A stretch of 64,000 nt of DNA from Candidatus Gottesmanbacteria bacterium GW2011_GWA2_43_14 (GTDB lineage: Bacteria; Patescibacteriota; Microgenomatia; 2-02-FULL-39-11): the NCBI GenBank assembly GCA_000999095.1, contig LCFP01000002.1:5736-69735 (forward strand). Reading direction: 5' to 3'. The translations under genes and the position numbers were made by a program. Positions 48,557 through 57,831 of the stretch are shown here, piece after piece. The notes beneath the pieces were generated by a model. The model was not told the DNA's origin. It ran no database searches and was given only the letters and a program-made list of their open reading frames with translations. Position 1 is the stretch's first letter; every line of letters begins with the position of its first letter.

Positions 48557-49669
48557 ATGAAGAATAATCCAGAAAGATTTATGCTGGTCGGACTGTTTCC
48601 GAAAAAATACGGCAATGATGTAATCCTTTCTTATTTGGAAGAATTGGATTCATTGGTAAGGACTTACGGAGGAGAAACTACGGCAGTTTCGGTACAAAAA
48701 GGAGACCATTCCCACAGGGCTACCTATATCGGCAGCGGCAAAGCCAATGAAGTAGCCGATAAAATAGCGGAAAATCAAATCGATACGGTAGTTTTCAACG
48801 ACATTCTCAAAAGCGGACAGCTTTATACTCTGGAAAAGATTTTCCAGAGATCCAATCCGGAGATAAAGGTTTTGGATAAAATCGGCTTGATTCTGCTCAT
48901 TTTTGACAATCAGGCGGATACCGCAGAGGCCAAACTCCAGATAAAACTGGCCAGCCTTCGGCATATGGGACCGCGCACCTACGGCATGGGATATATTTTA
49001 TCCCGCCAGGGAGGGGGCATCGGCACCCGGGGTATCGGGGAAACAAATACCGAAATCATGCAAAGGCACTGGCGGAATGAAATTCGCGCAATCAAAACTA
49101 AACTGACCAAAATAATTAAGGACCGCCAGCTTCAAATTGCCAAAAGAAAAAAAGCTGGTACTGTTTCTGTCTCTCTGGTCGGCTATACCAATGCCGGCAA
49201 GACCAGCCTCTATAATGCCCTGACCGGAAAAAATAAATTGGTCGAAAACAGGCTGTTTGCCACCTTGGACAGCTCAATCGGCAGACTTTATCTGCCTGAA
49301 TTTAAAAACAATCTGATGGTGTCGGACACAATAGGCTTTATTCAAAACCTGCCGCCACAGCTTCTGGAATCATTCAAATCTACGCTTTTGGAGTCCATTC
49401 ATGCTGACCTGATTTTGCATGTCATAGACGTTTCCGATAGATTGTTCAGGGAAAAAATAGAAGTCGTCGAAGAAATTTTGGCTGAACTCGATCTGCAGGA
49501 AAAAAATCAAATCTATATATTCAATAAAGCGGATAAAATCACGGCCGAGATAAAAAATCAGGCGGCTCTTCAGTTCGCCGGCGTTCCGTTTTGCTTTGTT
49601 TCCGCCAAAACAGGTCTGGGTTTGCAGGAATTAAAGGGTAAAATTACCGGGGAAATCAAAAAACTATAA
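48557..49669 (+). CDS. hflX: GTPase HflX
   Basis: HflX N-terminal domain plus G-domain VSLVGYTNAGKTSLYNALTG and DTIGFI. Confidence 0.85.
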   Translation: MKNNPERFMLVGLFPKKYGNDVILSYLEELDSLVRTYGGETTAVSVQKGDHSHRATYIGSGKANEVADKIAENQIDTVVFNDILKSGQLYTLEKIFQRSNPEIKVLDKIGLILLIFDNQADTAEAKLQIKLASLRHMGPRTYGMGYILSRQGGGIGTRGIGETNTEIMQRHWRNEIRAIKTKLTKIIKDRQLQIAKRKKAGTVSVSLVGYTNAGKTSLYNALTGKNKLVENRLFATLDSSIGRLYLPEFKNNLMVSDTIGFIQNLPPQLLESFKSTLLESIHADLILHVIDVSDRLFREKIEVVEEILAELDLQEKNQIYIFNKADKITAEIKNQAALQFAGVPFCFVSAKTGLGLQELKGKITGEIKKL

Positions 49670-49831
49670 TTTCTCATCTGATTTAATGCGTGACGCAAAT
49701 CTTTCCAAAGTCAGATATAAAGTTAATTCTGAGGGCAAATCGTTCTCATCATTAATAATTAGTTCTTTTCGTTTAGACATTGACAAATATTGAAGTGAAA
49801 ATAATTAAATAAAATACTATAAATTATTTTG

Positions 49832-49913
49832 TGCCGAGGAGAGGACTTGAACCTCCACGCCTTGCGGCACAGCCTCCTCAAGACTGCGTGTATACCAATT
49901 TCACCACCTCGGC
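49832..49913 (-). tRNA. tRNA-Leu (anticodon GAG), type II
   Basis: Reverse complement GCCGAGGTGGTGAAATTGGTATACACGCAGTCTTGAGGAGGCTGTGCCGCAAGGCGTGGAGGTTCAAGTCCTCTCCTCGGCA. Confidence 0.8.
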
Positions 49914-49975
49914 ATTGTGTGGTTTACCCTGTTATTTTATCACAGGATTTTAAGAGGAAAAGTATTGTCGCGACG

Positions 49976-50062
49976 TGGTGCCCTGAGAGGGAGTTGAACC
50001 CCCACGCTCGTAAAAGCACACGCTCCTGAAGCGTGCCTGTCTACCAATTCCAGCATCAGGGC
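49976..50062 (-). tRNA. tRNA-Leu (anticodon CAG), type II, CCA encoded
   Basis: Reverse complement GCCCTGATGCTGGAATTGGTAGACAGGCACGCTTCAGGAGCGTGTGCTTTTACGAGCGTGGGGGTTCAACTCCCTCTCAGGGCACCA. Confidence 0.85.
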
Positions 50063-50064
50063 TC

Positions 50065-50139
50065 TGGAGCGGGCGATGGGATTCGCACCCACGGCCTCTT
50101 CCTTGGCAAGGAAGCATTCTACTGCTGAACTACGCCCGC
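50065..50139 (-). tRNA. tRNA-Gly (anticodon GCC), CCA encoded
   Basis: Reverse complement GCGGGCGTAGTTCAGCAGTAGAATGCTTCCTTGCCAAGGAAGAGGCCGTGGGTGCGAATCCCATCGCCCGCTCCA. Only a 2-nt spacer to tRNA-Leu(CAG). Confidence 0.85.
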
Positions 50140-50327
50140 TTTCCGGACTTAGATTATACCAAGTTACTTTCCCGGCCACAATCCGCCTAATATAAACTTC
50201 AGGAATTGAAAAAATCCGAAAAATAAGGCGTTTACTGCGCGGTAGATTGAAGGCCAGATATCTTCCAACACGTGCCAAAGGCGCGCGCTGTATTTTTCAC
50301 TGGACGGTGCTGATTCATCATCCATAC

Positions 50328-50765
50328 TTACTTAAAAATTATGCGGTCGCCTATTTTAATTTCCAACTCCTTAATTATACCAGAATTTACCTCTAGTACT
50401 TTATCAACCGGATTTTGCGGTGTAACGGTCTCTATATTATTGCCGTCAGGCGGTGGTATGTTTTCCGACAAGTCGGTTACCAGGACACCATCAATCCACA
50501 AAAAATCCAGGGGGAACTTCATCTCATTCATCCAGAAGGAATAGGCTTCTTTTTTATCGAAGATAAAAAGCATGCCCGTATCCCTGGACAGACTTTCCCT
50601 GAAAGACAGCCCGCGGTTTCTTTTTGAGGGGGTGTCGGCAACCAGAAGTTTAATAACCCGGCCGTTTATGACTGCCCGGGAGTAAAATCCGGCTTCTTTA
50701 AAAAATTTCAGGTAGACTGTCAGTAAAACTAAAATAACCGGAATTATGAGCAGGTATTTCTTCAT
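50328..50765 (-). CDS. DUF192 (COG1430) family protein with N-terminal TM/signal
   Basis: GMLFIFDKKEAYSFWMNEMKFPLDFLWID matches the DUF192 core; start trimmed to the ATG at 50765. Confidence 0.6.
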   Translation of the reverse strand: MKKYLLIIPVILVLLTVYLKFFKEAGFYSRAVINGRVIKLLVADTPSKRNRGLSFRESLSRDTGMLFIFDKKEAYSFWMNEMKFPLDFLWIDGVLVTDLSENIPPPDGNNIETVTPQNPVDKVLEVNSGIIKELEIKIGDRIIFK

Positions 50766-50777
50766 ATTATTATTATT

Positions 50778-50855
50778 TGGTCGGGGATACCCGACTTGAA
50801 CGGGTGACCTCACGCTCCCAAAGCGTGCGCTCTAAGCCAACTGAGCTAATCCCCG
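50778..50855 (-). tRNA. tRNA-Pro (anticodon UGG), CCA encoded
   Basis: Reverse complement CGGGGATTAGCTCAGTTGGCTTAGAGCGCACGCTTTGGGAGCGTGAGGTCACCCGTTCAAGTCGGGTATCCCCGACCA, with the C1-G72 pair typical of tRNA-Pro. Confidence 0.85.
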
Positions 50856-50937
50856 GAATGCCATTACCTATTCTACTAAATTGAGCTGACGTTGCAAGAT
50901 AAATGATATAACTGTAAAATATATTCCTCTCCCAAAA

Positions 50938-52092
50938 ATGACAATATTATTGAGTGTCTTGCTGTTTATATTTCTACTCAATCCCGGCCGGATATCGGCA
51001 GTTTACGATCCCGTATCTCGCGAAAACAATAAATACGGCATCCACATCATCGATGAAAATGATTTGGAATCGGCGTCTGCCCTGGTCAATTCATCCGGCG
51101 GAGACTGGGGTTATGTCACCATGGTCATGCCGGAAAATGAAAGAAAAGAAATTAAATGGAATGAAACCTTTGACCGGATGAAGCGGTTGCATTTGATTCC
51201 CATCATCCGGCTGGCAACCCGGCTGGAAGGGGATACCTGGAAAAAACCCGAAGCTGACCAGGCTGAAATTTGGTCAGAATTTTTGGATTCCCTGAACTGG
51301 CCTGTGCAAAACCGCTATCTGATACTTTTTAATGAACCGAACCACAGCAAAGAATGGGGAGGCGAACTTGACCCTGAAGGATATGCTGATATTCTGGATA
51401 GTTACAGCCGGTCATTAAAAAACAGGTCAGATGACTTTTTCATTCTTCCTGCAGGACTGGACGCTTCGGCCAACAATTCCCGCCAGACCATGGATGAAAC
51501 TTCATTCCTGGCGGCCATCTTCAATTATAAAAAAGAGATTTTTGATGCAATTGACGGCTGGACTTCACATTCATATCCCAATCCCCATTTCACGGGGGAC
51601 GCCAGCGACAGGGGACGCGGTACAGTAGCCAACTTTGTCTGGGAATTAAATTTATTGAATAAATGGGGAATTACCCGCAACCTGCCTGTTTTCATTACTG
51701 AAACCGGCTGGCCGCACAATGCCGGCGGCGACAATTACCTATATTCGCCGGAAACTATATCTGATTTTATCAACGAAACAGACCGGACCGTCTGGACTGA
51801 CTCCAGGATTGCCGCCATTACTCCGTTTATACTTAATTATCAGTCTTTTCCCTTTGCCAGTTTTTCATGGCAGAAATTGAACTCCGATAAATTCCATATT
51901 CATTTCGATACTTACCGTTCGCTGGTCAAAATCGACGGTAAACCACTTTTATACGTCGAAGAACCGACTCCGCCCGCACCGGTCATTAAAAAAGAATATT
52001 TATCGGAAAATAAAGGCATCCGCTTATCCAGCTGGCAGAAATTAATTTCTCTGGCAGTTTCACCCATACGCCAAATTCTGAAACTGATTTAA
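50938..52092 (+). CDS. Secreted TIM-barrel glycoside hydrolase-like protein (GH5 / clan GH-A-like)
   Basis: Signal peptide; NEPN (candidate acid/base Glu) and ITETGW (candidate nucleophile Glu), spaced as in GH5-type enzymes. Confidence 0.45.
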   Translation: MTILLSVLLFIFLLNPGRISAVYDPVSRENNKYGIHIIDENDLESASALVNSSGGDWGYVTMVMPENERKEIKWNETFDRMKRLHLIPIIRLATRLEGDTWKKPEADQAEIWSEFLDSLNWPVQNRYLILFNEPNHSKEWGGELDPEGYADILDSYSRSLKNRSDDFFILPAGLDASANNSRQTMDETSFLAAIFNYKKEIFDAIDGWTSHSYPNPHFTGDASDRGRGTVANFVWELNLLNKWGITRNLPVFITETGWPHNAGGDNYLYSPETISDFINETDRTVWTDSRIAAITPFILNYQSFPFASFSWQKLNSDKFHIHFDTYRSLVKIDGKPLLYVEEPTPPAPVIKKEYLSENKGIRLSSWQKLISLAVSPIRQILKLI

Positions 52093-52160
52093 ACTCCTGT
52101 TAGGGGATCCTGCTTTAACTTTTCTAAAAATCCCGGATAGGATATAATGACAGACAAGAC

Positions 52161-52233
52161 GGTGACCGTAGCTCAACGGCAGAGCGTCGCCCTGTGGAGG
52201 CGAATGTTGCGGGTTCAAATCCCGTCGGTCACC
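52161..52233 (+). tRNA. tRNA-His (anticodon GUG) with encoded G-1
   Basis: G-GTGACCGTAGCTCAACGGCAGAGCGTCGCCCTGTGGAGGCGAATGTTGCGGGTTCAAATCCCGTCGGTCACC. G-1 pairs with C73. Confidence 0.85.
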
Positions 52234-52325
52234 CAAAAAATGAATTTTTAGGAAGTGAAAACGCATTTTGGATTGATAATACGGGCTATTCGAAATGAAC
52301 TACTTGTTTTCCGAACATAAAAACT

Positions 52326-52898
52326 ATGTCAAACGTTGAAACAAAAAAGGAGTTGTCGAGAGAACAACGTGAAGAACTACTGAAGAGCTTGAAAGCCCGT
52401 TTTGAGAAAAACATGAACCGCCATAAAGGTCTTGAATGGGCTAAAGTACAAGCAAAGCTGGAAGCGAGTACTGAAAAACTGTGGTCACTAAGTGGAATGG
52501 AAAGAACTGGCGGTGAACCGGATGTTATAGGTCTCGATAAAAAGACGGGCGAATACATTTTTTATGATTGTTCAGCGGAAACACCCCGCGGCCGCAGAAA
52601 TGTTTGTTACGACCGTGCAGGGCAGGAGGCAAGGAAAGCATTTAAACCAGAAGATAACGCTATTGATATGGCAGCTACCATGAGCATTGAACTTTTAACG
52701 GAAGAACAATATCGAGGGTTGCAGAAACTTGGAAATTTCGATACTAAAACGTCGAGCTGGTTGAAAACACCAATCAGTATTAGAAACTTAGGCGGCGCGT
52801 TGTTTGCTGATCGCCGCTATGGCAATGTCTTCGTGTATCACAACAGTGCGCCCTCATACTATGCTGCTCGCGCGTTCCGTGGCTCGCTAAGGGTCTAA
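52326..52898 (+). CDS. DUF4256 family protein
   Basis: MSNVETKKELSREQREELLKSLKARFEKNMNRH...GGEPDVIG...FYDCSAE...RRYGNVFVYHNSA matches my recollection of the highly conserved DUF4256 family. Elevated GC. Confidence 0.55.
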   Translation: MSNVETKKELSREQREELLKSLKARFEKNMNRHKGLEWAKVQAKLEASTEKLWSLSGMERTGGEPDVIGLDKKTGEYIFYDCSAETPRGRRNVCYDRAGQEARKAFKPEDNAIDMAATMSIELLTEEQYRGLQKLGNFDTKTSSWLKTPISIRNLGGALFADRRYGNVFVYHNSAPSYYAARAFRGSLRV

Positions 52899-53035
52899 AT
52901 GTGGCGTGTAATCGATTACACAATGATACGAATGAAGTTCTAAAAAAAGCTATGTCCTTCTGCGGTAATGTATTATAATAGGTACGGACATCGTTCGGTA
53001 GGCTACCCGCAAAAAGAACCGGACCTCTTTAAAAA

Positions 53036-54754
53036 ATGCAAAGTTCCAGCCAATACGACAACGGTAACCAACAGGCTCATTCAGATAATAACCAGTCCCA
53101 TAACGGCCAAGGTTATCCTCCTGCCATTGGAGTGCTCGAACCTCAACCACAGGGCGATACTATCCCCATTTCAAAATACACCAAAGCTTTAATCAAAAGC
53201 TGGAAATTTCCTCCCAGTCCGCATAATTCATCAGTTGTAAAAATTTCCGTTTCACAGACGGTTTCCTTTGCCGCTTTTATCTACGAAAAAATGCGCAATG
53301 CCGTCGAGTTCCGGGAAGAACACCTCATCAGGAGGGCAGCCATTGAAAGAATCATCAAAAGACGGATTCTTCTCAATGAAAACGGCCGGGAAATTGCTGA
53401 ACCCCTCATTAAGGAACTTCTCTGGGCCAGGTATTATGAAAATAATACACTCGGTGAAGAAAAAATAGGGGAAATTCAGTCCATAACAGACAAATACTTT
53501 TTCCTGCGGAATGAAATCTCAGCCGGCAGGGGCAGCAAGGAACAGGAAAAGATTTCCGATTTTACCCTGGCGGTCATGTCCTGTGAAATAGAAGAAAGAC
53601 TGTCACCGCCATACCGACTTGAAGCTTTTACCAATTATGTTTTCCAAATCCTCAAGCCTTACGTCAAACCTTTTTCACAGGATGACCGGGAAAAGGACAT
53701 CCAGGTTTACATTGCTGTCGACAGGACATTCGCACACAGTGATGATCCCATGATCCGATACCATCTGCTAAAACTGGTCATTCCGGAAATTAATCAGGTC
53801 AGCTGGCTGTCAGCAGACAAGGTATTGCCTCAATATTATGAGGCTTTTCAAAGGATTGAAAGGGATATGAACCACCCGCTGGGTTTTAAAGTCAGAAATG
53901 CCATAAAAAAACAAATCCCGCCGTTTCTGATACTCAGGGACATATTTGAACAGAATACACCGGTAATTGAAAAGATTCTAAGTGACGACCAACGGTTAAA
54001 ATACAAGGTTGATGAAGCATGCAGAAAAAGATATGACGAGTCGAGTTCGCGCCTTAAAAGAACCGCAGTCCGCAGTTTCATTTATATCCTCCTGACCAAA
54101 GTTGTTTTCGCCCTGCTTCTGGAAATTCCTTATGACTTCTATATTTTGCAGCATGTTTCTTATCTGCCGATTGCCGTTAACGTCATATTCCCGCCAATCC
54201 TCATGACTCTGATAATCTTAACCGTTTCCATACCCGGGGATGACAATACCCGGCGCATTTATCAGCTGATCAAAGGCATAATTGATAATGACCCTGATAC
54301 ACCGGCGGCGGTTGGCAGCGGCATTTTCGTCAGCAAAAGCTCCAAAACCAGAAGTTTTGTTTTTACGACCATATTCACCCTATTTTACGGTATGACCTGG
54401 CTTCTGAGTTTCGGCTCAATAATTTATGTTCTGACTGTGCTGGATTTTTCCGTCGTCAGCCAGGCAATTTTTATCTTTTTCGTTACCCTGGTGACATTTT
54501 TTGCTTTCCGCGTCATTCAAATTACTCAAGAATTCCAGGTTGTTTCCAAAGAAGGCATGCTTTCGACGATCGGCGATTTTTTCTTTTTGCCGATAATACG
54601 GGTCGGCCAATGGCTGTCAGGGGAGGTTTTGCAGCGTTTCAACTTCTTTATCTTTTTCCTTGATTTTATTATCGAAATGCCTTTTAAAGCCATCGTGGAA
54701 GTCTTTGACGAGTGGATCCACTTCATGCGTCTGAAAAAAGAGGAAATATTCTGA
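53036..54754 (+). CDS. Large hypothetical membrane protein: Q/N/H-rich N-terminus, ~330-aa soluble domain, C-terminal multi-TM domain
   Basis: 572 aa. TM helices are clustered in the C-terminal 230 aa. No recognisable catalytic motif. Confidence 0.4.
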   Translation: MQSSSQYDNGNQQAHSDNNQSHNGQGYPPAIGVLEPQPQGDTIPISKYTKALIKSWKFPPSPHNSSVVKISVSQTVSFAAFIYEKMRNAVEFREEHLIRRAAIERIIKRRILLNENGREIAEPLIKELLWARYYENNTLGEEKIGEIQSITDKYFFLRNEISAGRGSKEQEKISDFTLAVMSCEIEERLSPPYRLEAFTNYVFQILKPYVKPFSQDDREKDIQVYIAVDRTFAHSDDPMIRYHLLKLVIPEINQVSWLSADKVLPQYYEAFQRIERDMNHPLGFKVRNAIKKQIPPFLILRDIFEQNTPVIEKILSDDQRLKYKVDEACRKRYDESSSRLKRTAVRSFIYILLTKVVFALLLEIPYDFYILQHVSYLPIAVNVIFPPILMTLIILTVSIPGDDNTRRIYQLIKGIIDNDPDTPAAVGSGIFVSKSSKTRSFVFTTIFTLFYGMTWLLSFGSIIYVLTVLDFSVVSQAIFIFFVTLVTFFAFRVIQITQEFQVVSKEGMLSTIGDFFFLPIIRVGQWLSGEVLQRFNFFIFFLDFIIEMPFKAIVEVFDEWIHFMRLKKEEIF

Positions 54755-54757
54755 GAC

Positions 54758-56554
54758 TCAGGTATAGACTTTCAAAAAAACCTCCTGGGGAATTTCCACT
54801 CTGCCCAGACTTCTCATTTTCTTTTTGCCTTTCTTTTGCGTGTCCAGCAGCTTGTCTTTTCTGGTACGGTCACCCCCGTAGAGTTTGGCGGTGACATCCT
54901 TGCGCATGGCTGAAATGTCAGCCCGGGCGATGACCTTGCCGCCGATTGCCGCCTGTATGGGGATTTGAAACTGGTGTCGGGGGATATGAATTTTCAGCTT
55001 CTCCACAATTTTATTGGCATAAGTAACGGCTTTTTCTCTGACCACAATCTGTGAAAAAGCATCTGCTTTTATCCGGTTAAGCAGTATATCCACCTTGACA
55101 GCATCAACTTTCCGGTGTTCATAATATTCATAGTCCAGGCTGGCATAGCCGTGGCTGACGGACTTCAGCCTGTCGAAAAAATCGATGATCATCTCAGAAA
55201 GAGGAATCAAATATTCCAAATGGGCCTGGTTGCCGACATAGTTTAGATTTATATACTCAGCCCTTTTTTCCTGTGTAAGTTGCATTATTTGCCCCACGTA
55301 TTCTTTCGGGGAATATATATGGCTGTACATGATAGGTTCTTCTATCATCTTAATGAGTGACGGATCAGGGTAGTCGTCAGGTGTCTTGACCGTTTTAATT
55401 TCCCCGTTTTGGAGGCTGATCAGGTATTCGACTGAGGGAGCGGTAGCCACAATGCCAAGGCCGAATTCACGGTTTAATCTTTCTTTGATTATTTCGGCAT
55501 GAAGTAGGCCTAGGAATCCGCAAAGGAAACCTTTGCCTAAAGCCAGTGATGAATGCGGCTTGCTGGTGACGGAACTGTCCGACAACTGCAGTTTTTCCAA
55601 AGATTCGCGCAAAATCATATATTCGTCATTGTCAGTCGGATAAAAAGTCAGAAAAACCATAGGTTTGGGTTTCTTGAAACCGGACAATGGGTCGGATGCT
55701 TCTCCGTACCTGATGATGGTATCACCGACATTAGCCTGACGAATATCCTTAAGCCCTGTGGCGATGTAACCTACTTCTCCGAATGCCAGTTTTCCCGAAG
55801 ACACTTTTTCCGGGTTAAAAATACCGATTTCCAAAGGATGAAAATATGTCTTGGAGGCAGAAAAAGCCAAATCCCGGTAATCACTTTTTTCGTCAATTGA
55901 GACAGCGCCGTCTGTCACCCTGATAAAAACAATAACTCCCATATGAGGATCATATTGTGAGGAAAAGACCAGCGCCCGGAATCCGTCAATGGTCTGTTCC
56001 GGCGGTGGAATTTTTTTGACGACTTCTTCCAAAACCCGTTCCACATTGATACCGGCTTTGGCGCTGATATATAGGATTTCTTCTTTGGCAAAACCGAAAT
56101 TCTCCACCAGTTCATCGGCGACTTCATCCGGGTGAGCTGTTTCCAGATCGATTTTATTGAGTACCGGGATTATTTTAAGCTTTGTCTGTTTGATCACGTT
56201 TAGATGTGCTACGGTTTGGGCCTGGATGCCCGCTGCGGCATCGACAACCAGTATTATGCCTTCGCAGGCAGCCAGCGAACGGGACACTTCATAAGAGAAA
56301 TCAACGTGGCCCGGAGTATCGATAAGGTTAAGAATGTACTCGTTGGCTTCAAATGTATATTTCATCCTGACCGGGGCCAGTTTTATGGTAATGCCACGTT
56401 CGCGTTCAATCGGATTGGAATCCAGGATCTGGTCCATCATTTTCCTTTTTTCGATGGAACCTGTAATCTCCAGAATCCTGTCGGCCAATGTTGATTTGCC
56501 GTGATCGATATGGGCCACAATAGCAAAATTTCTGATGAATTTGGGATCGGTCAT
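54758..56554 (-). CDS. lepA: Elongation factor 4 (LepA)
   Basis: IRNFAIVAHIDHGKSTLADR, DTPGHVDF and NKIDL GTPase motifs; the C-terminal LepA domain extends to VEIPQEVF... Confidence 0.95.
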   Translation of the reverse strand: MTDPKFIRNFAIVAHIDHGKSTLADRILEITGSIEKRKMMDQILDSNPIERERGITIKLAPVRMKYTFEANEYILNLIDTPGHVDFSYEVSRSLAACEGIILVVDAAAGIQAQTVAHLNVIKQTKLKIIPVLNKIDLETAHPDEVADELVENFGFAKEEILYISAKAGINVERVLEEVVKKIPPPEQTIDGFRALVFSSQYDPHMGVIVFIRVTDGAVSIDEKSDYRDLAFSASKTYFHPLEIGIFNPEKVSSGKLAFGEVGYIATGLKDIRQANVGDTIIRYGEASDPLSGFKKPKPMVFLTFYPTDNDEYMILRESLEKLQLSDSSVTSKPHSSLALGKGFLCGFLGLLHAEIIKERLNREFGLGIVATAPSVEYLISLQNGEIKTVKTPDDYPDPSLIKMIEEPIMYSHIYSPKEYVGQIMQLTQEKRAEYINLNYVGNQAHLEYLIPLSEMIIDFFDRLKSVSHGYASLDYEYYEHRKVDAVKVDILLNRIKADAFSQIVVREKAVTYANKIVEKLKIHIPRHQFQIPIQAAIGGKVIARADISAMRKDVTAKLYGGDRTRKDKLLDTQKKGKKKMRSLGRVEIPQEVFLKVYT

Positions 56555-56556
56555 GA

Positions 56557-56907
56557 TTAAAGATTTACCAGGGGAACAAATTCTATGTCAACCTCTTCCC
56601 AGGGGTGGACTTCCTTGATGGCCTCTACAATCTTATCAGCCTGTTTTTTATCACAGGTCATTTCGATTCTGACGACAGGCGCTCGGGTTATCTGGCCGAC
56701 TTCACCCAGATAAGGTTTGGCGCCCTCCTCAGGCTCCCAGTTACCTTCACCATGCGTCAGGAAAGCTACCTGGCTGTACTTGCCGTAAACTCCGGCACCC
56801 AGAGTTGATGATACCCTGATTATCTGTTTAATAACTTCCTCATCATCCGGACAATAGACGTAAAATTTCAGTTTCATATTTGTCAATATTGTGCAATTAT
56901 TATACAC
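56557..56907 (-). CDS. Small CutA/PII-like superfamily protein (tentative)
   Basis: 116 aa; the C-terminal HPWEEVDIEFVPL resembles the CutA HPYEVPE segment. Weak call. Confidence 0.3.
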   Translation of the reverse strand: MYNNCTILTNMKLKFYVYCPDDEEVIKQIIRVSSTLGAGVYGKYSQVAFLTHGEGNWEPEEGAKPYLGEVGQITRAPVVRIEMTCDKKQADKIVEAIKEVHPWEEVDIEFVPLVNL

Positions 56908-56938
56908 TTGACGGCCTCTTACTGAAACAATTCAATAA

Positions 56939-57676
56939 ATGGGACTAATCGAAACAGAGTATCTCGGAGAACATATTCCGAAAACAGGATTGACTGCCGT
57001 AAGGGAATTCTTTTACAGAACAAAAAATCCTTTTGTTGTTATTTCTGATAATGGTATGCTTTTTCCTTCTGATGCCGACCCAAGCCCGGTAATTAGATAT
57101 CCTGCGCTAGATTATTTAAAAACACATTTGGCAACTTCGGCAACCGGTAGGAAATTATTAAAAATTGCCTTTGGACAAACTCGTGGACAATATCAAGATT
57201 TTGTTCCTGATAATCCTATAAAAATTATATTCGGCCACTCCGTATTCAAACAGTTAGAGAGCGACCATCCGGAAGCCCAATTATTGACAGTTGTCCGCGA
57301 CCCTCTTCCCAGAACAGTTTCCCAATATTTCTTTGTATTAAATGATAAAGCAATTACCGGTTACCTTCCCGACTGGGCAATCGGCAACGAAGATGAACTT
57401 CCCCTGTCACAGTTCCTCACAGATCCGGAAACTGCAAATTTCCAAACAAAGTATCTTAACGGTTATATTTCCAAACTGAAATTTATCGGGGTTACGGATA
57501 AATTAGAAAATTTTGTCAGATACTTATTTCCTGATAAAAAAATTGTGTTGGGGCGAAGGAATATTACCAAAAGACCAAAACTTCATATTCCGGATCAAGT
57601 TATTTACGAATTTAAGAAACTGAATAAGCAGGATTATGAATTATATGAATACGCTAAAAATACGTTCAACGCTTAA
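56939..57676 (+). CDS. PAPS-dependent sulfotransferase-like protein
   Basis: IPKTGLT resembles a 5'-PSB motif and VVRDPLPRTVSQYFF resembles the 3'-PB motif RDPxxRxxSxY/F. Confidence 0.5.
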   Translation: MGLIETEYLGEHIPKTGLTAVREFFYRTKNPFVVISDNGMLFPSDADPSPVIRYPALDYLKTHLATSATGRKLLKIAFGQTRGQYQDFVPDNPIKIIFGHSVFKQLESDHPEAQLLTVVRDPLPRTVSQYFFVLNDKAITGYLPDWAIGNEDELPLSQFLTDPETANFQTKYLNGYISKLKFIGVTDKLENFVRYLFPDKKIVLGRRNITKRPKLHIPDQVIYEFKKLNKQDYELYEYAKNTFNA

Positions 57677-57831
57677 AGTCCTTACGGACATCCAACCTTC
57701 CCGACATTTTGGTGATCCCGCTAGTACCTTAAACAGACTGAAGGAATTCTTTAAATTATTCCTTTCTGATGGACTAAACTCCGAGTTTGCTTATGCATTT
57801 GGACTAAAAGATGTATAGCAAAGTACAATAT

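Noticed and set aside
57636-57818. 60-aa ORF overlapping the 3' end of the sulfotransferase-like gene
   Set aside because: It is short with no motif, and lies in the convergent intergenic space before the Fic gene. Probably non-coding.
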